Source of the DNA: Azolla caroliniana
Lineage: Eukaryota; Plantae; Polypodiophyta
DNA: 64,000 nt
Direction: 5' to 3'
Assembly (NCBI GenBank): GCA_043228905.1
Contig: JBHGNT010000002.1
Location: forward strand, 248,001-312,000
The translations under genes were made by a program, and so were the position numbers. Each line of letters starts with the position of its first letter. Positions within the stretch are counted from its first letter, which is position 1. The notes beneath the pieces are model-generated. The model ran no database searches. It saw only the letters and a list, made by a program, of their open reading frames with translations, and had not been told where the DNA came from. Below, in pieces: positions 1 through 11,100 of this stretch.

Positions 1-115
1 TCTTAGCACATATGGCATGTTCAAGAATACATGTGCTTAAAATATTCCAAACGTGAAAGACTGCAAATAACGCGTAAAACGTGTCTTAGAAGTATGAGAG
101 AGATACAGCCATCAC

Positions 116-560
116 CTGCAATGAAAGCACATGAGGTTGGACGGTACCGTTCCAGATGTGGAGGTGTTGGAAGCAGCTAGATCCACTGATACTATCTTTC
201 CACTAAAGTTTGAGATGAAGAATGTCCGATTGGTGGAAGAAAGAGGCATATCTTGCCTTGCACACGAACAGCATGTGGCTTCCGATTCTAAACACTTTCC
301 TCCTACTGCTGCTTTGTTCACTGAACGCATATTTCGGATTGTAGACTCTGTTGTAATAAAAATAATAAAAATTCCCAAGGAGAGCATTCGTTTCCAGGGA
401 CATCATCATTTAAAGAGATCGACTCAGAGTTAAAATAAGAGTTATCAGGGAAACATAACGAGAACCTTACCGTAAAGAGAGAATGCATCGTCTTTCATCA
501 ATTTGAGATCTTCCGTTCTTTCTGAGAACGCAGCCGCCGTCCTTTTGAAACCCAGCATAT
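116..560 (-). CDS. Possible 5' exons of an unidentified spliced gene running off the left window edge
   Basis: Donor G|GTAAGG at 471/470, acceptor ACAACAG at 348, 232-nt open block 347-116 ending at CAG|GTGATG. Phases are compatible (…DDAFSLY-E-STIRNMRSV…). A (CT)n tract upstream resembles a 5' UTR. No recognisable domain. Confidence 0.3.
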
Positions 561-637
561 TCACCTGAGAGAGCAGCCAAGTTGCAGACTGTATGAGTTC
601 CCGCCAAATAATAATGCTCGATTTCGCAGAAACAGAC

Positions 638-642
<5 letters not shown>

Positions 643-680
<38 letters not shown>
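643..680. repeat. (GA)19 microsatellite
   Basis: Direct reading. Confidence 0.95.
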
Positions 681-686
<6 letters not shown>

Positions 687-1081
687 ATGTGACCAAGAAG
701 ATGAATACATATTTAGAGAAAGTGAGTTCACACTGGTGCTTTTGAAAACTAACGTAACTAGCTTTTTCCTATTTCGATTTGGGGTGGTCAGTATATGTAC
801 ATAATACATAATTGTATGCGTCCTATGTTGTTAGTAGGTTACCAAGCTACTAACATCGGTACTTACCATGCACCTGATTTCGTTTTGGGTTCCGATAAGT
901 ACAATTTGCATGGAGAAATCTTCGCATCTAACCTTTGTGTGGCAATCATTCTGTCGAGACATCCACATAAGCAACTCATGTAGTTCCTTTGTGAAGGCAA
1001 CGTAGTGTTTGCCATTTGAAGCATCGTGAGGAGTGGGGGCCCTTCATCTACATTAGCAACACAAATATCAAGTAGTACGCT

Positions 1082-1349
1082 ATCGTTGACAATGGTTGTA
1101 TGATGAAGAGTTGATGTGCATCGTGGAGTTCCCCTTCGTCTCTCACCATTGTTTGTAGCAAACATGGAGGTTGACACCATTCCTCCTTGGGATCCATGTT
1201 CAGTCTAGGGTTCACATCGTAGACAGTGGTTGTACAATAAAGAGTTGATTTGCATCGTACAGTTCCCCTTCATCTCACACCATTGTTTGTAGCAAATATG
1301 GACACTGACACCGTACCTCATCAGGATCCATGTTTAGCCTAAGGTTCCG
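1082..1349. repeat. Degenerate 134-bp tandem duplication (2 copies)
   Basis: ATCGTTGACAATGGTTGTA… at 1082 and ATCGTAGACAGTGGTTGTA… at 1216 align through …GGATCCATGTT…TAGGGTTC/TAAGGTTC. Confidence 0.8.
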
Positions 1350-1696
1350 CCCAATCCTAGGCTCCATGTTTAGTCTAGGGTTCACACTAATTTCACCTTC
1401 CCCTTTGTGTCCAATCCACTATACACACTAAAATACTTTGGAGGGAGCGGACTTTATGTTCCTAAAACACCCCTCACATTCAACAAAAAACTATAAATTC
1501 CTAGAATCAAAACCCCTCTCCATATGCCAAACTAAAATACCTACATACACAAACAAGATCTAGGGTTTTGTGTTAATTGTCTTCATCGCGTTGACAAAGT
1601 CGGGTATTCATTCATCACTTTGGTTCGTCCCCACAAGAAAGCAAGCAACTTCTACTTTATTATCCATAGTTGCTTGTCAAGAAGACCTAGGGTTAG

Positions 1697-1921
1697 TTTT
1701 CCAATATGATTCAAGCTACAATTTCAAACAAGAGTTTTTCTTCATGAAGCAGTGTCACGTAAACACGTGTGCATATGCTACTGAACCGAGAAAGGTGTGA
1801 AGTTATCGAAGCGGTACTTAAAGCCTTTGTGAAACTCTTATCGTGGATGTTCTTGTTAATCCCCCCCTATTGTGTAATTCAAAAGGCACCATGGAAACTA
1901 ACATGCACATGCACAAATGAA
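1697..1921 (+). repeat. 225-bp host segment, copy 1 (duplicated at 8569-8793 on the other side of Copia-1)
   Basis: TTTTCCAATATGATTCAAG…GCACAAATGAA appears identical at both places (offset 6872); ORF-track translations match. Confidence 0.95.
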
Positions 1922-3221
1922 GATGACCTCCATCCGAACGGTGCTGAGCATAGCGGCAAGCATGGACCTCGAGGTAGAACAGATGGACGTGAAGACGGCA
2001 TTCCTTCACGGTGACCTCGAAGAAGAGATCTACATGCAGCAACCGGAAGGATTCGAGAAGAAAGGGAAGGAGCACCTGGTATGCCGGTTAAAGAAGAGCC
2101 TTTACGGACTGAAGCAGGCTCCCCGGCAATGGTACCGGAAGTTCGACTCCTTCATGACCGACGAAGGGTACCTCAAAACGCAGTCCGACCACTGCGTGTT
2201 TGTGAAGAAGTACGAAGGAGGAGACTTTCTAATACTCCTCCTGTATGTGGACGACATGTTGATCGTCGGACGAGACCAGGTCAAGATACGGATGCTGAAG
2301 AAGGCTCTTCACCGAACCTTCTCAATGAAGGACCTGGTTCCGGCGAGGCAAATACTAGGGATGCACATCATCCGGGACCGGAAGAAGAAGCAGTTGTGGC
2401 TGTCACAGGAGAAGTACGTGACGAAGGTGCTTCACCGGTTCAACATGTCGGAAGCAAGACCGGTCGGATCGACCCTCCCGGCAAACTGCAAGCTGTTCAG
2501 CAAGCAAAGCCCCAAGACAAAGGCTGAGAAGGAGGACATGTTGAAAGTACCATATGCCTCTGCCGTCGGGAGCTTGATGTACGCGATGGTGTGTACCCGA
2601 CCGGACATAGGATATGCAGTCGGAGTGGTGAGCCGGTACATGAGCAATCCCGGCAAAGAGCATTGGAACGCGGCCAAGTGGATACTCCGATACCTGAAGG
2701 GCACGGCAAACGTGTGCCTCCGATTCGGCTCCGGTAAGCCCGAACTTGACGGTTTTACCGATTCGGATATGTCGGCTGATGCAGATACCAGTCGGTCCAC
2801 ATCCGGGTATGTGATGACCTATGCAGGGGGAGCCGTTTCGTGGCAGTCGAGGCTGCAGAAGACGGTTGCGTTGTCAACCACGGAGGCGGAGTACATGGCA
2901 GCTGTTGAAGCCGGCAAGGAAGTAATATGGATGAAGGACTTCATAAGAGAGCTCGGGATCCGGCAGGAGGAGTACCGACTCTACTGCAATAGTCAGAGTG
3001 CAATCCACCTTGCGAAGAACGCGGCCTATCACTCCCGGACGAAGCACATCCAGCGAAGATATCACTGGATCCGGGAAAGGATAGAAGACAAGGAGTTCGT
3101 GCTGACAAAGATCCACACGGACGAGAACGGGTCGGATATGCTGACCAAGGTCCTCACACCCGACAAGCTGGAAGCATGCCGGAAGAGGATCGGATTGGAA
3201 AGACATCCCATGCCGAAGTGA
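1917..3221 (+). pseudogene. Duplicated 3' part of copia pol (RT + RNase H)
   Basis: QMDVKTAFLHG, LKKSLYGLKQAPRQW, YVDD, TRPDI, STTEAEY, HSRTKHI; same translation as the region ending 7948. The ATG at 1917 is created by the host/element junction. Confidence 0.93.
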
Positions 3222-3231
3222 AGGGGGAGTT

Positions 3232-3843
3232 TGTTGGGATTACGATCCCTTCGGATGGGATGGTCGGATGTCGGAGATGAATGCCGACGAGCCCGGTTTC
3301 GGTTTCGGAACCGGATGATGAAGACCCCGGCTTCGGAGCCGGATGACGAATGTACCCGGAGAGAGATCCGGATGCGGGGACATATCCGTGAATATGTTTG
3401 CTAAGGGCCCTTGAGGCTATAGTTGTAAATAGCCCCAAAGTCATATATGTATAAATATGACTTAGGGCAAACAGTTTTATTGCTGCTGATCATTTTTCTG
3501 TTTTTCCACTCAAGAGGAGTGAAGAGGGAGCAACCGTGAGAGAGAGAGAGAGAGATAGAGCGTGAGAGAGGAAGAGGACGACGCCTCTGTGTATTTCCGC
3601 CGCCTGTGGCGAGGACAGCGAGCTCAAGGTCGTCGCCTTGCAGCTCGCCATTGTATACTTCTCTTTGTATAGTGTTGGTTTGGAGTCTTGTACTCCCGTG
3701 GTTTTTCCCGTCTAGGGTTTTCCACGTTAATCCCTGTGTATTCGTGTGTTTCTCTCTGTGGTTCCTATTTTCTGCTGCATTGATTCGCGCTTACTCGGTT
3801 GTGGCCGAGTGGTGAAGGTGAATCGAAGCGTCGATTCCCAACA
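3232..3843 (+). repeat. LTR of Copia-1 (612 bp), preceded by a PPT (3221-3229) and followed by the PBS
   Basis: TG…CA with 8-bp terminal inverted repeat TGTTGGGA/TCCCAACA; matches 7959-8568 except (GA)9 vs (GA)8. Confidence 0.97.
3415..3463 (+). promoter_or_regulatory. LTR core promoter: TATA box embedded in a double-palindrome module
   Basis: GGCTAT-N8-ATAGCC (3415-3434) then AAGTCATAT-N8-ATATGACTT (3438-3463) overlapping TATAAATA; same module in the LTRs at 8142-8190, 12141-12191, 17890-17938, 23779-23827. Confidence 0.7.
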
Positions 3844-3846
3844 AAC

Positions 3847-3858
3847 TGGTATCAGAGC
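3847..3858 (+). promoter_or_regulatory. Primer-binding site (initiator tRNA-Met)
   Basis: TGGTATCAGAGC 3 nt after the LTR end. Confidence 0.95.
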
Positions 3859-3873
3859 GAGCTGCTGCAGAAA

Positions 3874-6800
3874 ATGGAAGGCGGCGGCAGCGGGCAGCCG
3901 GGGATGATGGTGGTGAATGCGCAGAATTACGCCGACTGGAAGATCAAGATGGAGGATCTTCTGATTGTTCGGGACCTGTACGAACCGATTGACAGGTCGG
4001 AAATACCGAAGGGGGTACTTGAGTCGGAATGGAGGCTTCTGAACCGGAAAGCCGTTGCAACCATTCAGCAATACGTCGATGTGAGCGTTCTACAACATGT
4101 GGCGAACGACATCAACGCATATGAGATGTGGCGGAAGCTGTCGGGCCTCTACGAGAGGAAGAATGCGTTGAACCGGACCTCCCTGATGAGGAAGATAGTG
4201 AACCTCAAGTACCGGGACGGCGAGAGTATGGTGGAACACGTAAGCACGTTCATGGGATTCGTGAACCAGCTTGCAGCGATCAAGTTCCCGCTGGAGGATG
4301 CAATGCAAGCCATCATTCTGATGTGTACATTGCCGGAAAGCTGGGAGAACTTGGTGGTGACTCTCAGCACCTCCTGCACCGAAGATAACTTGTCCTTACA
4401 AATGGTAAAGACAAGTATTTTGAACGAAGAAGCGCGTCGGAGAGATAAAGAACCGGCCTCCGACTCGAAGGCGCTGCTTACCGAATCGGATCGGGGAAGA
4501 CAATGGAACCGGAGTCCGCAAAGACGGGAGAAGTCGGGGACCTGGTCGCAGTCAAGAGGAAGGCCCACATGCTTCCACTGTGGGAAGCCGGGGCACTTCC
4601 GAAAGAATTGTCGGCATTACCGAAAAGACAACGGAGCCGACGACACCGATTCGAAGAAGTCATCGGAGAGAAACGGTGCATACCGGGGAGCCACGGACCG
4701 GAGAGGTTCGGATCGGCGAGGGCAGGACCGGAAAGGAACAACGGCACTCGCGGCAAGTGAGGAAGAAATCATGCTCATCACCGAAGAAGGTGAACTAAAC
4801 ATTGCCGGCGATGAGACGACCTGGGTGGTCGATTCCGGAGCATCGTTCCACCTGACCCCGGAGAGAAGATACTTCTCATCCTACACAGCCGGTGAGCATG
4901 GCTGTGTTCGGATGGGAAATGAAGGTACGTGCCGGATTGCCGGCATAGGAGACGTGTGGTTGACAACCCCGACCAGATGCAAAATGCTGCTGAAGGATGT
5001 CCGACACGTTCCGGAGGTTCGATTGAACCTGATTTCGGCCGGGAGGCTAGACGATGAAGGCTACACAGGTAGCATCCGGAACGGCGTAATGAAGTTCAGC
5101 AAGGGGAGCCTGATAGTGGCTCGGGCCCGGAAAGTCAACACACTGTACCTTATGAATGCCCGGTTGTGTCCGGAAGAGTTGAACGTGGCAGCCGACACTG
5201 CCGGTGAGCTGTGGCACAAGAGACTGTGCCACATGAGTGAGAAGGGGATGAAGAGGCTTGCAGAAGACAACCTCATTCCAGTGAAGCATGTGCACCTGGA
5301 GAAGTGCACCGATTGCCTGGCCGGTAAGCAGAACCGAGCCTCCTTCCACTCAAGGCCACCGACGAGACGTAGTGCACCATTGGAGTTGGTGCACACTGAT
5401 GTGTGTCAAGTGGAAACGAAGTCACATGGCGGAGCCCAGTACTTCGTGACATTCATTGATGACCACAGCCGGAAGCTGTGGACGGCACCGTTGAAGACAA
5501 AGGACCAAGTGTTGACCGTCTTCAAAGAACTCCACGCAAGAGTGGAAAGGGAATCCGGCAAGAAGCTGAAAGCGATACGAGCGGATAACGGAGGGGAATA
5601 CCGGGGGCAGTTCCAGGAGTACTGTCGCTCGAAGGGAATCCGGCTCGAGTTTACTGTGCCGAAGACGCCGGAACTGAACGGGCTGGCCGAGAGGATGAAC
5701 CGGACCATAATGGAGAGGGTCCGGAGTATGCTGGCGCATGCGAAATTACCCAAGGGGTTTTGGGCTGAGGCAATGTCGACGGCGACATACGTGATAAACA
5801 GATCACCCTCAGTACCTTTGGACGGAGACACGCCGCAAAAAACTGTGGACCGGTAAGGAAGTGTCCTACCGGCATCTGAAGGTGTTCGGGTGTCTCGCAT
5901 ACGTGCATGTGGCAAAGGACCGGAGAGGAAAGCTAGATCCAAAGACCCGGCCATGCATATTCCTCGGTTACGGCGACGACGAGTTCGGCTACCGAGTATG
6001 GGACCCGGTCGACAAGAAGATATTCCGGAGTCGTGATATCATCTTCATGGAGAACAAGACACTCGCCGACTGGGAGTCGGAGAAGAAGATGAAGAGCTCC
6101 AAGTCGACCGGTGAGGATCAACTCTACGAGGAGTAGTCCCGACCGGCAAGGAACTGGTTAGCACTCGAGGATCCGGCCGAAGACGGTGAAGAAACAGAAC
6201 CGGCCGAAGAAGATGAAAATGATACCGGAACCGGCCCCGATCCCGAAATGGATTCGGATGAAGAAGAATCGGAAGAACCGGTTACCGAAGCTCCGGAACG
6301 GAGATATCCTCTAAGAGAGAGAAGGGCCCCCCAGAGATTTCCGGAACCAGAGCACGTGCTGCTAACCGACGAGGGGGAGCCGGAGAGCTTTGAAGAAGCA
6401 AAGCATGACACCCAGAGCCGCAGGTGGTTGAGTGCCATGCAGGACGAGATGGATTCCCTGCATGAGAACCACACATATGAACTTGTGGAGTTGCCGAAAG
6501 GAAAGCGGGCACTTCGAAACAAGTGGGTGTTCAAGCTGAAACCGGGAGATGCCGGAAACCCCCCGAGATACAAAGCCAGGATCGTGGTGAAGGGGTTTCA
6601 CCAGAAGAAGGGCGTCGACTTCGACGAGATATTTGCCCCGGTAGTGAAGATGACCTCCATCCGAACGGTGCTGAGCATAGCGGCAAGCATGGACCTCGAG
6701 GTAGAACAGATGGACGTGAAGACGGCATTCCTTCACGGTGACCTCGAAGAAGAGATCTACATGCAGCAACCGGAAGGATTCGAGAAGAAAGGGAAGGAGC

Positions 6801-7948
6801 ACCTGGTATGCCGGTTAAAGAAGAGCCTTTACGGACTGAAGCAGGCTCCCCGGCAATGGTACCGGAAGTTCGACTCCTTCATGACCGACGAAGGGTACCT
6901 CAAAACGCAGTCCGACCACTGCGTGTTTGTGAAGAAGTACGAAGGAGGAGACTTTCTAATACTCCTCCTGTATGTGGACGACATGTTGATCGTCGGACGA
7001 GACCAGGTCAAGATACGGATGCTGAAGAAGGCTCTTCACCGAACCTTCTCAATGAAGGACCTGGTTCCGGCGAGGCAAATACTAGGGATGCACATCATCC
7101 GGGACCGGAAGAAGAAGCAGTTGTGGCTGTCACAGGAGAAGTACGTGACGAAGGTGCTTCACCGGTTCAACATGTCGGAAGCAAGACCGGTCGGATCGAC
7201 CCTCCCGGCAAACTGCAAGCTGTTCAGCAAGCAAAGCCCCAAGACAAAGGCTGAGAAGGAGGACATGTTGAAAGTACCATATGCCTCTGCCGTCGGGAGC
7301 TTGATGTACGCGATGGTGTGTACCCGACCGGACATAGGATATGCAGTCGGAGTGGTGAGCCGGTACATGAGCAATCCCGGCAAAGAGCATTGGAACGCGG
7401 CCAAGTGGATACTCCGATACCTGAAGGGCACGGCAAACGTGTGCCTCCGATTCGGCTCCGGTAAGCCCGAACTTGACGGTTTTACCGATTCGGATATGTC
7501 GGCTGATGCAGATACCAGTCGGTCCACATCCGGGTATGTGATGACCTATGCAGGGGGAGCCGTTTCGTGGCAGTCGAGGCTGCAGAAGACGGTTGCGTTG
7601 TCAACCACGGAGGCGGAGTACATGGCAGCTGTTGAAGCCGGCAAGGAAGTAATATGGATGAAGGACTTCATAAGAGAGCTCGGGATCCGGCAGGAGGAGT
7701 ACCGACTCTACTGCAATAGTCAGAGTGCAATCCACCTTGCGAAGAACGCGGCCTATCACTCCCGGACGAAGCACATCCAGCGAAGATATCACTGGATCCG
7801 GGAAAGGATAGAAGACAAGGAGTTCGTGCTGACAAAGATCCACACGGACGAGAACGGGTCGGATATGCTGACCAAGGTCCTCACACCCGACAAGCTGGAA
7901 GCATGCCGGAAGAGGATCGGATTGGAAAGACATCCCATGCCGAAGTGA
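3874..7948 (+). pseudogene. Copia gag-pol polyprotein, disrupted by a +1 frameshift (A6 run near 5837-5842) and a TAG at 6134-6136
   Basis: CCHC knuckle CFHCGKPGHFRKNC, protease WVVDSGAS, LWHKRLCH, integrase HTDVC/IRADNGGEY/NGLAERMNR, RT YVDD, RNase H. The related element at 18230-22275 reads QRVWTGKEVSY and DEQTQP through the two lesions. Confidence 0.93.
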
Positions 7949-7958
7949 AGGGGGAGTT

Positions 7959-8568
7959 TGTTGGGATTACGATCCCTTCGGATGGGATGGTCGGATGTCG
8001 GAGATGAATGCCGACGAGCCCGGTTTCGGTTTCGGAACCGGATGATGAAGACCCCGGCTTCGGAGCCGGATGACGAATGTACCCGGAGAGAGATCCGGAT
8101 GCGGGGACATATCCGTGAATATGTTTGCTAAGGGCCCTTGAGGCTATAGTTGTAAATAGCCCCAAAGTCATATATGTATAAATATGACTTAGGGCAAACA
8201 GTTTTATTGCTGCTGATCATTTTTCTGTTTTTCCACTCAAGAGGAGTGAAGAGGGAGCAACCGTGAGAGAGAGAGAGAGATAGAGCGTGAGAGAGGAAGA
8301 GGACGACGCCTCTGTGTATTTCCGCCGCCTGTGGCGAGGACAGCGAGCTCAAGGTCGTCGCCTTGCAGCTCGCCATTGTATACTTCTCTTTGTATAGTGT
8401 TGGTTTGGAGTCTTGTACTCCCGTGGTTTTTCCCGTCTAGGGTTTTCCACGTTAATCCCTGTGTATTCGTGTGTTTCTCTCTGTGGTTCCTATTTTCTGC
8501 TGCATTGATTCGCGCTTACTCGGTTGTGGCCGAGTGGTGAAGGTGAATCGAAGCGTCGATTCCCAACA
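7959..8568 (+). repeat. 3' LTR of Copia-1 (610 bp), PPT at 7948-7956
   Basis: TGTTGGGA…TCCCAACA joined directly to host sequence TTTTCC. Confidence 0.97.
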
Positions 8569-8793
8569 TTTTCCAATATGATTCAAGCTACAATTTCAAA
8601 CAAGAGTTTTTCTTCATGAAGCAGTGTCACGTAAACACGTGTGCATATGCTACTGAACCGAGAAAGGTGTGAAGTTATCGAAGCGGTACTTAAAGCCTTT
8701 GTGAAACTCTTATCGTGGATGTTCTTGTTAATCCCCCCCTATTGTGTAATTCAAAAGGCACCATGGAAACTAACATGCACATGCACAAATGAA
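8569..8793 (+). repeat. 225-bp host segment, copy 2
   Basis: Matches 1697-1921 and then continues into unique sequence. Confidence 0.95.
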
Positions 8794-9699
8794 TGCGCAT
8801 GTAGGCAATCGAATGGGCGTGCAGGCAAACGAGCTAGGTGCTCATGGAGACTAATTGTCACTTCACTACAACACAAAGGGGTGTTAGTGTAGCCCTCGCC
8901 CTTTTTGCTAAACTATGTCGTTAAGTGACATACCTAGAAACACATCAATGTGTGATGTGTTTATTTATTTTAAAATATAAGAAAACGGGGATTCTGAATT
9001 CCTCATTTTTCCATCATAAGACAAGCTCCCGCCATTGACAAGGAGCAGCGCAACAAGTCGACGTCGGGCAAAGTATATGGTAGAAATTAAATGAACAATA
9101 CTTTTATCTCACCAAAATTGGCCTAGTGAACACTTGAGCTTACCAACACCCAACTTGAAACTTTTGTAAAATAGTTTTTATTTAAGCGTGTCTAATGTTG
9201 TTTGTGAATGCCCAACTTGACCACACTACTTGCAAGATATAACAAATGAGGGACATTTCTCTCATTGAAATACTCATTGCTCTTTGTAATACTTATCCTA
9301 CTCTGAAACATTAGTCTTTAGTGTAATGTCTATAATATACTCAATGCTTATTTCCAAAACAATGCACTCTTGCACTAACAAATCTAAATCAAGAAAATTA
9401 TATTGGGAACATTCACTTTCTCCCAAGTTGCATCACTTACAATTTGAGACAATCATTTAATTTTGAATTCTTAGATTTGTGTAGATCTTAAATGTTACTA
9501 AGGCATCGAGAATAAATTTTTCATGAATCAACATATTTTTTATGGCTACCTCCTCTTCCTCTTTAACGTCACTAATAAGAGTTCATGACTATAAAGAGGG
9601 GGCATCCCAAGTGTAGGGGTTGTTTTGAGCTTTTGCTTCAACGAGTCAATATGTTAGCAATGATGTTGAATGATACTCACCCAATAGTGTTGCTCATCC

Positions 9700-11100
9700 T
9701 CTACCCATCATAGAAAGAGACACCATTACCCTCCATTGCAAATCTTAGTTTTTTTGAGAGGGCATCCCCAAACTCTATTGATCGATATATCTTTTGGTCG
9801 ATCTTGCAACTTTTGCTTACCCAACAACATTATTGACAAGGATGAGATTCCAACAACATGGGCAATTCTCCATGAGCTACAATGCACATTGCAATTCATA
9901 ACTACCAAGGGTCAAACTCCCTAAATAGTCACAAATATGCATCTTCAATGAAGTCGCTCAATGTGAAGAAACCTCAATTGAAGAATGTTTAACCAACTTA
10001 GCCTAGAATACATCGTCTAGGCCCACATATTTGTGAATATATCAGCCCATTTTCTTTAGTTGTCAACTACCTTTGAATTCCTTGTAAAGCTACAGACTCC
10101 CAAACTCATTCAAGAGAGACTCCCCTCCTCGATGTGTTTGAAAGCATCACTTCACACCTAATTCCTTGTTGAGCACGAACCAACTCTCGAGGATACTTTG
10201 TTCTCTCAATTTCCTATATCGATCCTCATAATTGAACATGTCTCGCAATCTTGATGAGGTCTATGGAGCCTTTGGTATAGCGTTGGGTACATTAGGTGAC
10301 CCAAGTCAGCGTGGTTGTTCACTCGTGAGTCACGAGTAGTAAGTTCAAAAGTTACTCTATCTTCCTTTCAAAAAGAATTTCAATACCAAGAAAAGAAAAA
10401 ATACTCTAAAGACTTCTAACATTGCTCTATCTTCAATTGAGTGCATGAAAGCCATCATGGCAAACCCCATTCTATTTAGCCTCATGGTCTCTTGCTCTAT
10501 CTTCAAATCAGTGTGTAAAAGGTTCAAATCAGTGTGTAAAAGGTTCAAGGCAAACCCCATTCTAGAAACTTTAGCCTCATGATTCCTTGCTTTACAGCTC
10601 CAAATACATAGAGTAACTATTGTGGTAATTATGAATCAGTTTACTAAGATGGCTCTCATTTGATTCCTTGCTCTAAAGCCATCTCAAGGCATAGAAGCAA
10701 CAAATCTAATAATACTGATTGAGATTCAGTCACACCAACTCCTGGATAACATTGTTTTGAATTGTGGCCCCAAATCATCTAACATTTGTTGGACCAATTC
10801 CAACTTCTTGAGACCTCAACGAGTTTGCCATTAGTCGATCTCCCGCAAGTTAATGACGACCTAAATACCACATTTGTGACATCATTCACTAAGGATATCG
10901 TCAACTTTTGCCCCTTCTCTCTACCCAACAACCAAATGAGAAATTTGCATTCGTCTAATAAGGTAATCAACCCCATTATGTGTTATCCCTCTAACCAAGC
11001 CATCAAGTCTTGGAGGCACTTAGTCATTAGTCATGAAACAAAGTTGCGCATTTGCATTCTTCATATCAACTCAATCATCCTTCACTACTTATAATGGGGC
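9700..11100. mobile_element. Heavily decayed Ty3/gypsy fragments in mixed orientation
   Basis: + strand ~10610-10790 reads TIVVIMNQFTKMA..LIPCSK…DNIVLNCGPK (cf. integrase VVVDRFTKMAHFIPC…IVSDRDP); - strand ~10900-11030 has LITLLDECKF (cf. RNase H end WxxLLQEFxF). Boundaries approximate. Confidence 0.5.

Larger units (their letters stand above)
1918..8568 (+). mobile_element. Ty1/copia LTR retrotransposon 'Copia-1', permuted structure: RT-RNaseH fragment, PPT, LTR, PBS, gag-pol, PPT, LTR
   Basis: Two TGTTGGGA…TCCCAACA LTRs, Met-type PBS, PPT AAGGGGGAG, domain order gag-PR-IN-RT-RH; 1918-3843 is a copy of 6645-8568. Confidence 0.97.

Noticed and set aside
1917-3221. Stand-alone 434-aa RT/RNase H gene
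   Set aside because: The ATG is an accident of the host/element junction (GTG in the parent), the RT N-terminus is missing and RNase H has D-to-N.
3415-3463. lox/FRT-like tyrosine-recombinase sites (inverted arms with 8-bp spacer)
   Set aside because: Arms are only 6-9 bp, overlap the TATA box, and no recombinase is encoded; kept only as a promoter or structure observation.
2081-8540. Many overlapping alternate-frame and antisense ORFs in Copia-1 (similarly in 13900-25833)
   Set aside because: Shadow ORFs of GC-rich pol sequence with no motifs of their own.
3232-8568. Dating Copia-1 as zero-age from LTR identity
   Set aside because: The left LTR is part of the duplicated 3' segment, so identity may date the duplication rather than the insertion.
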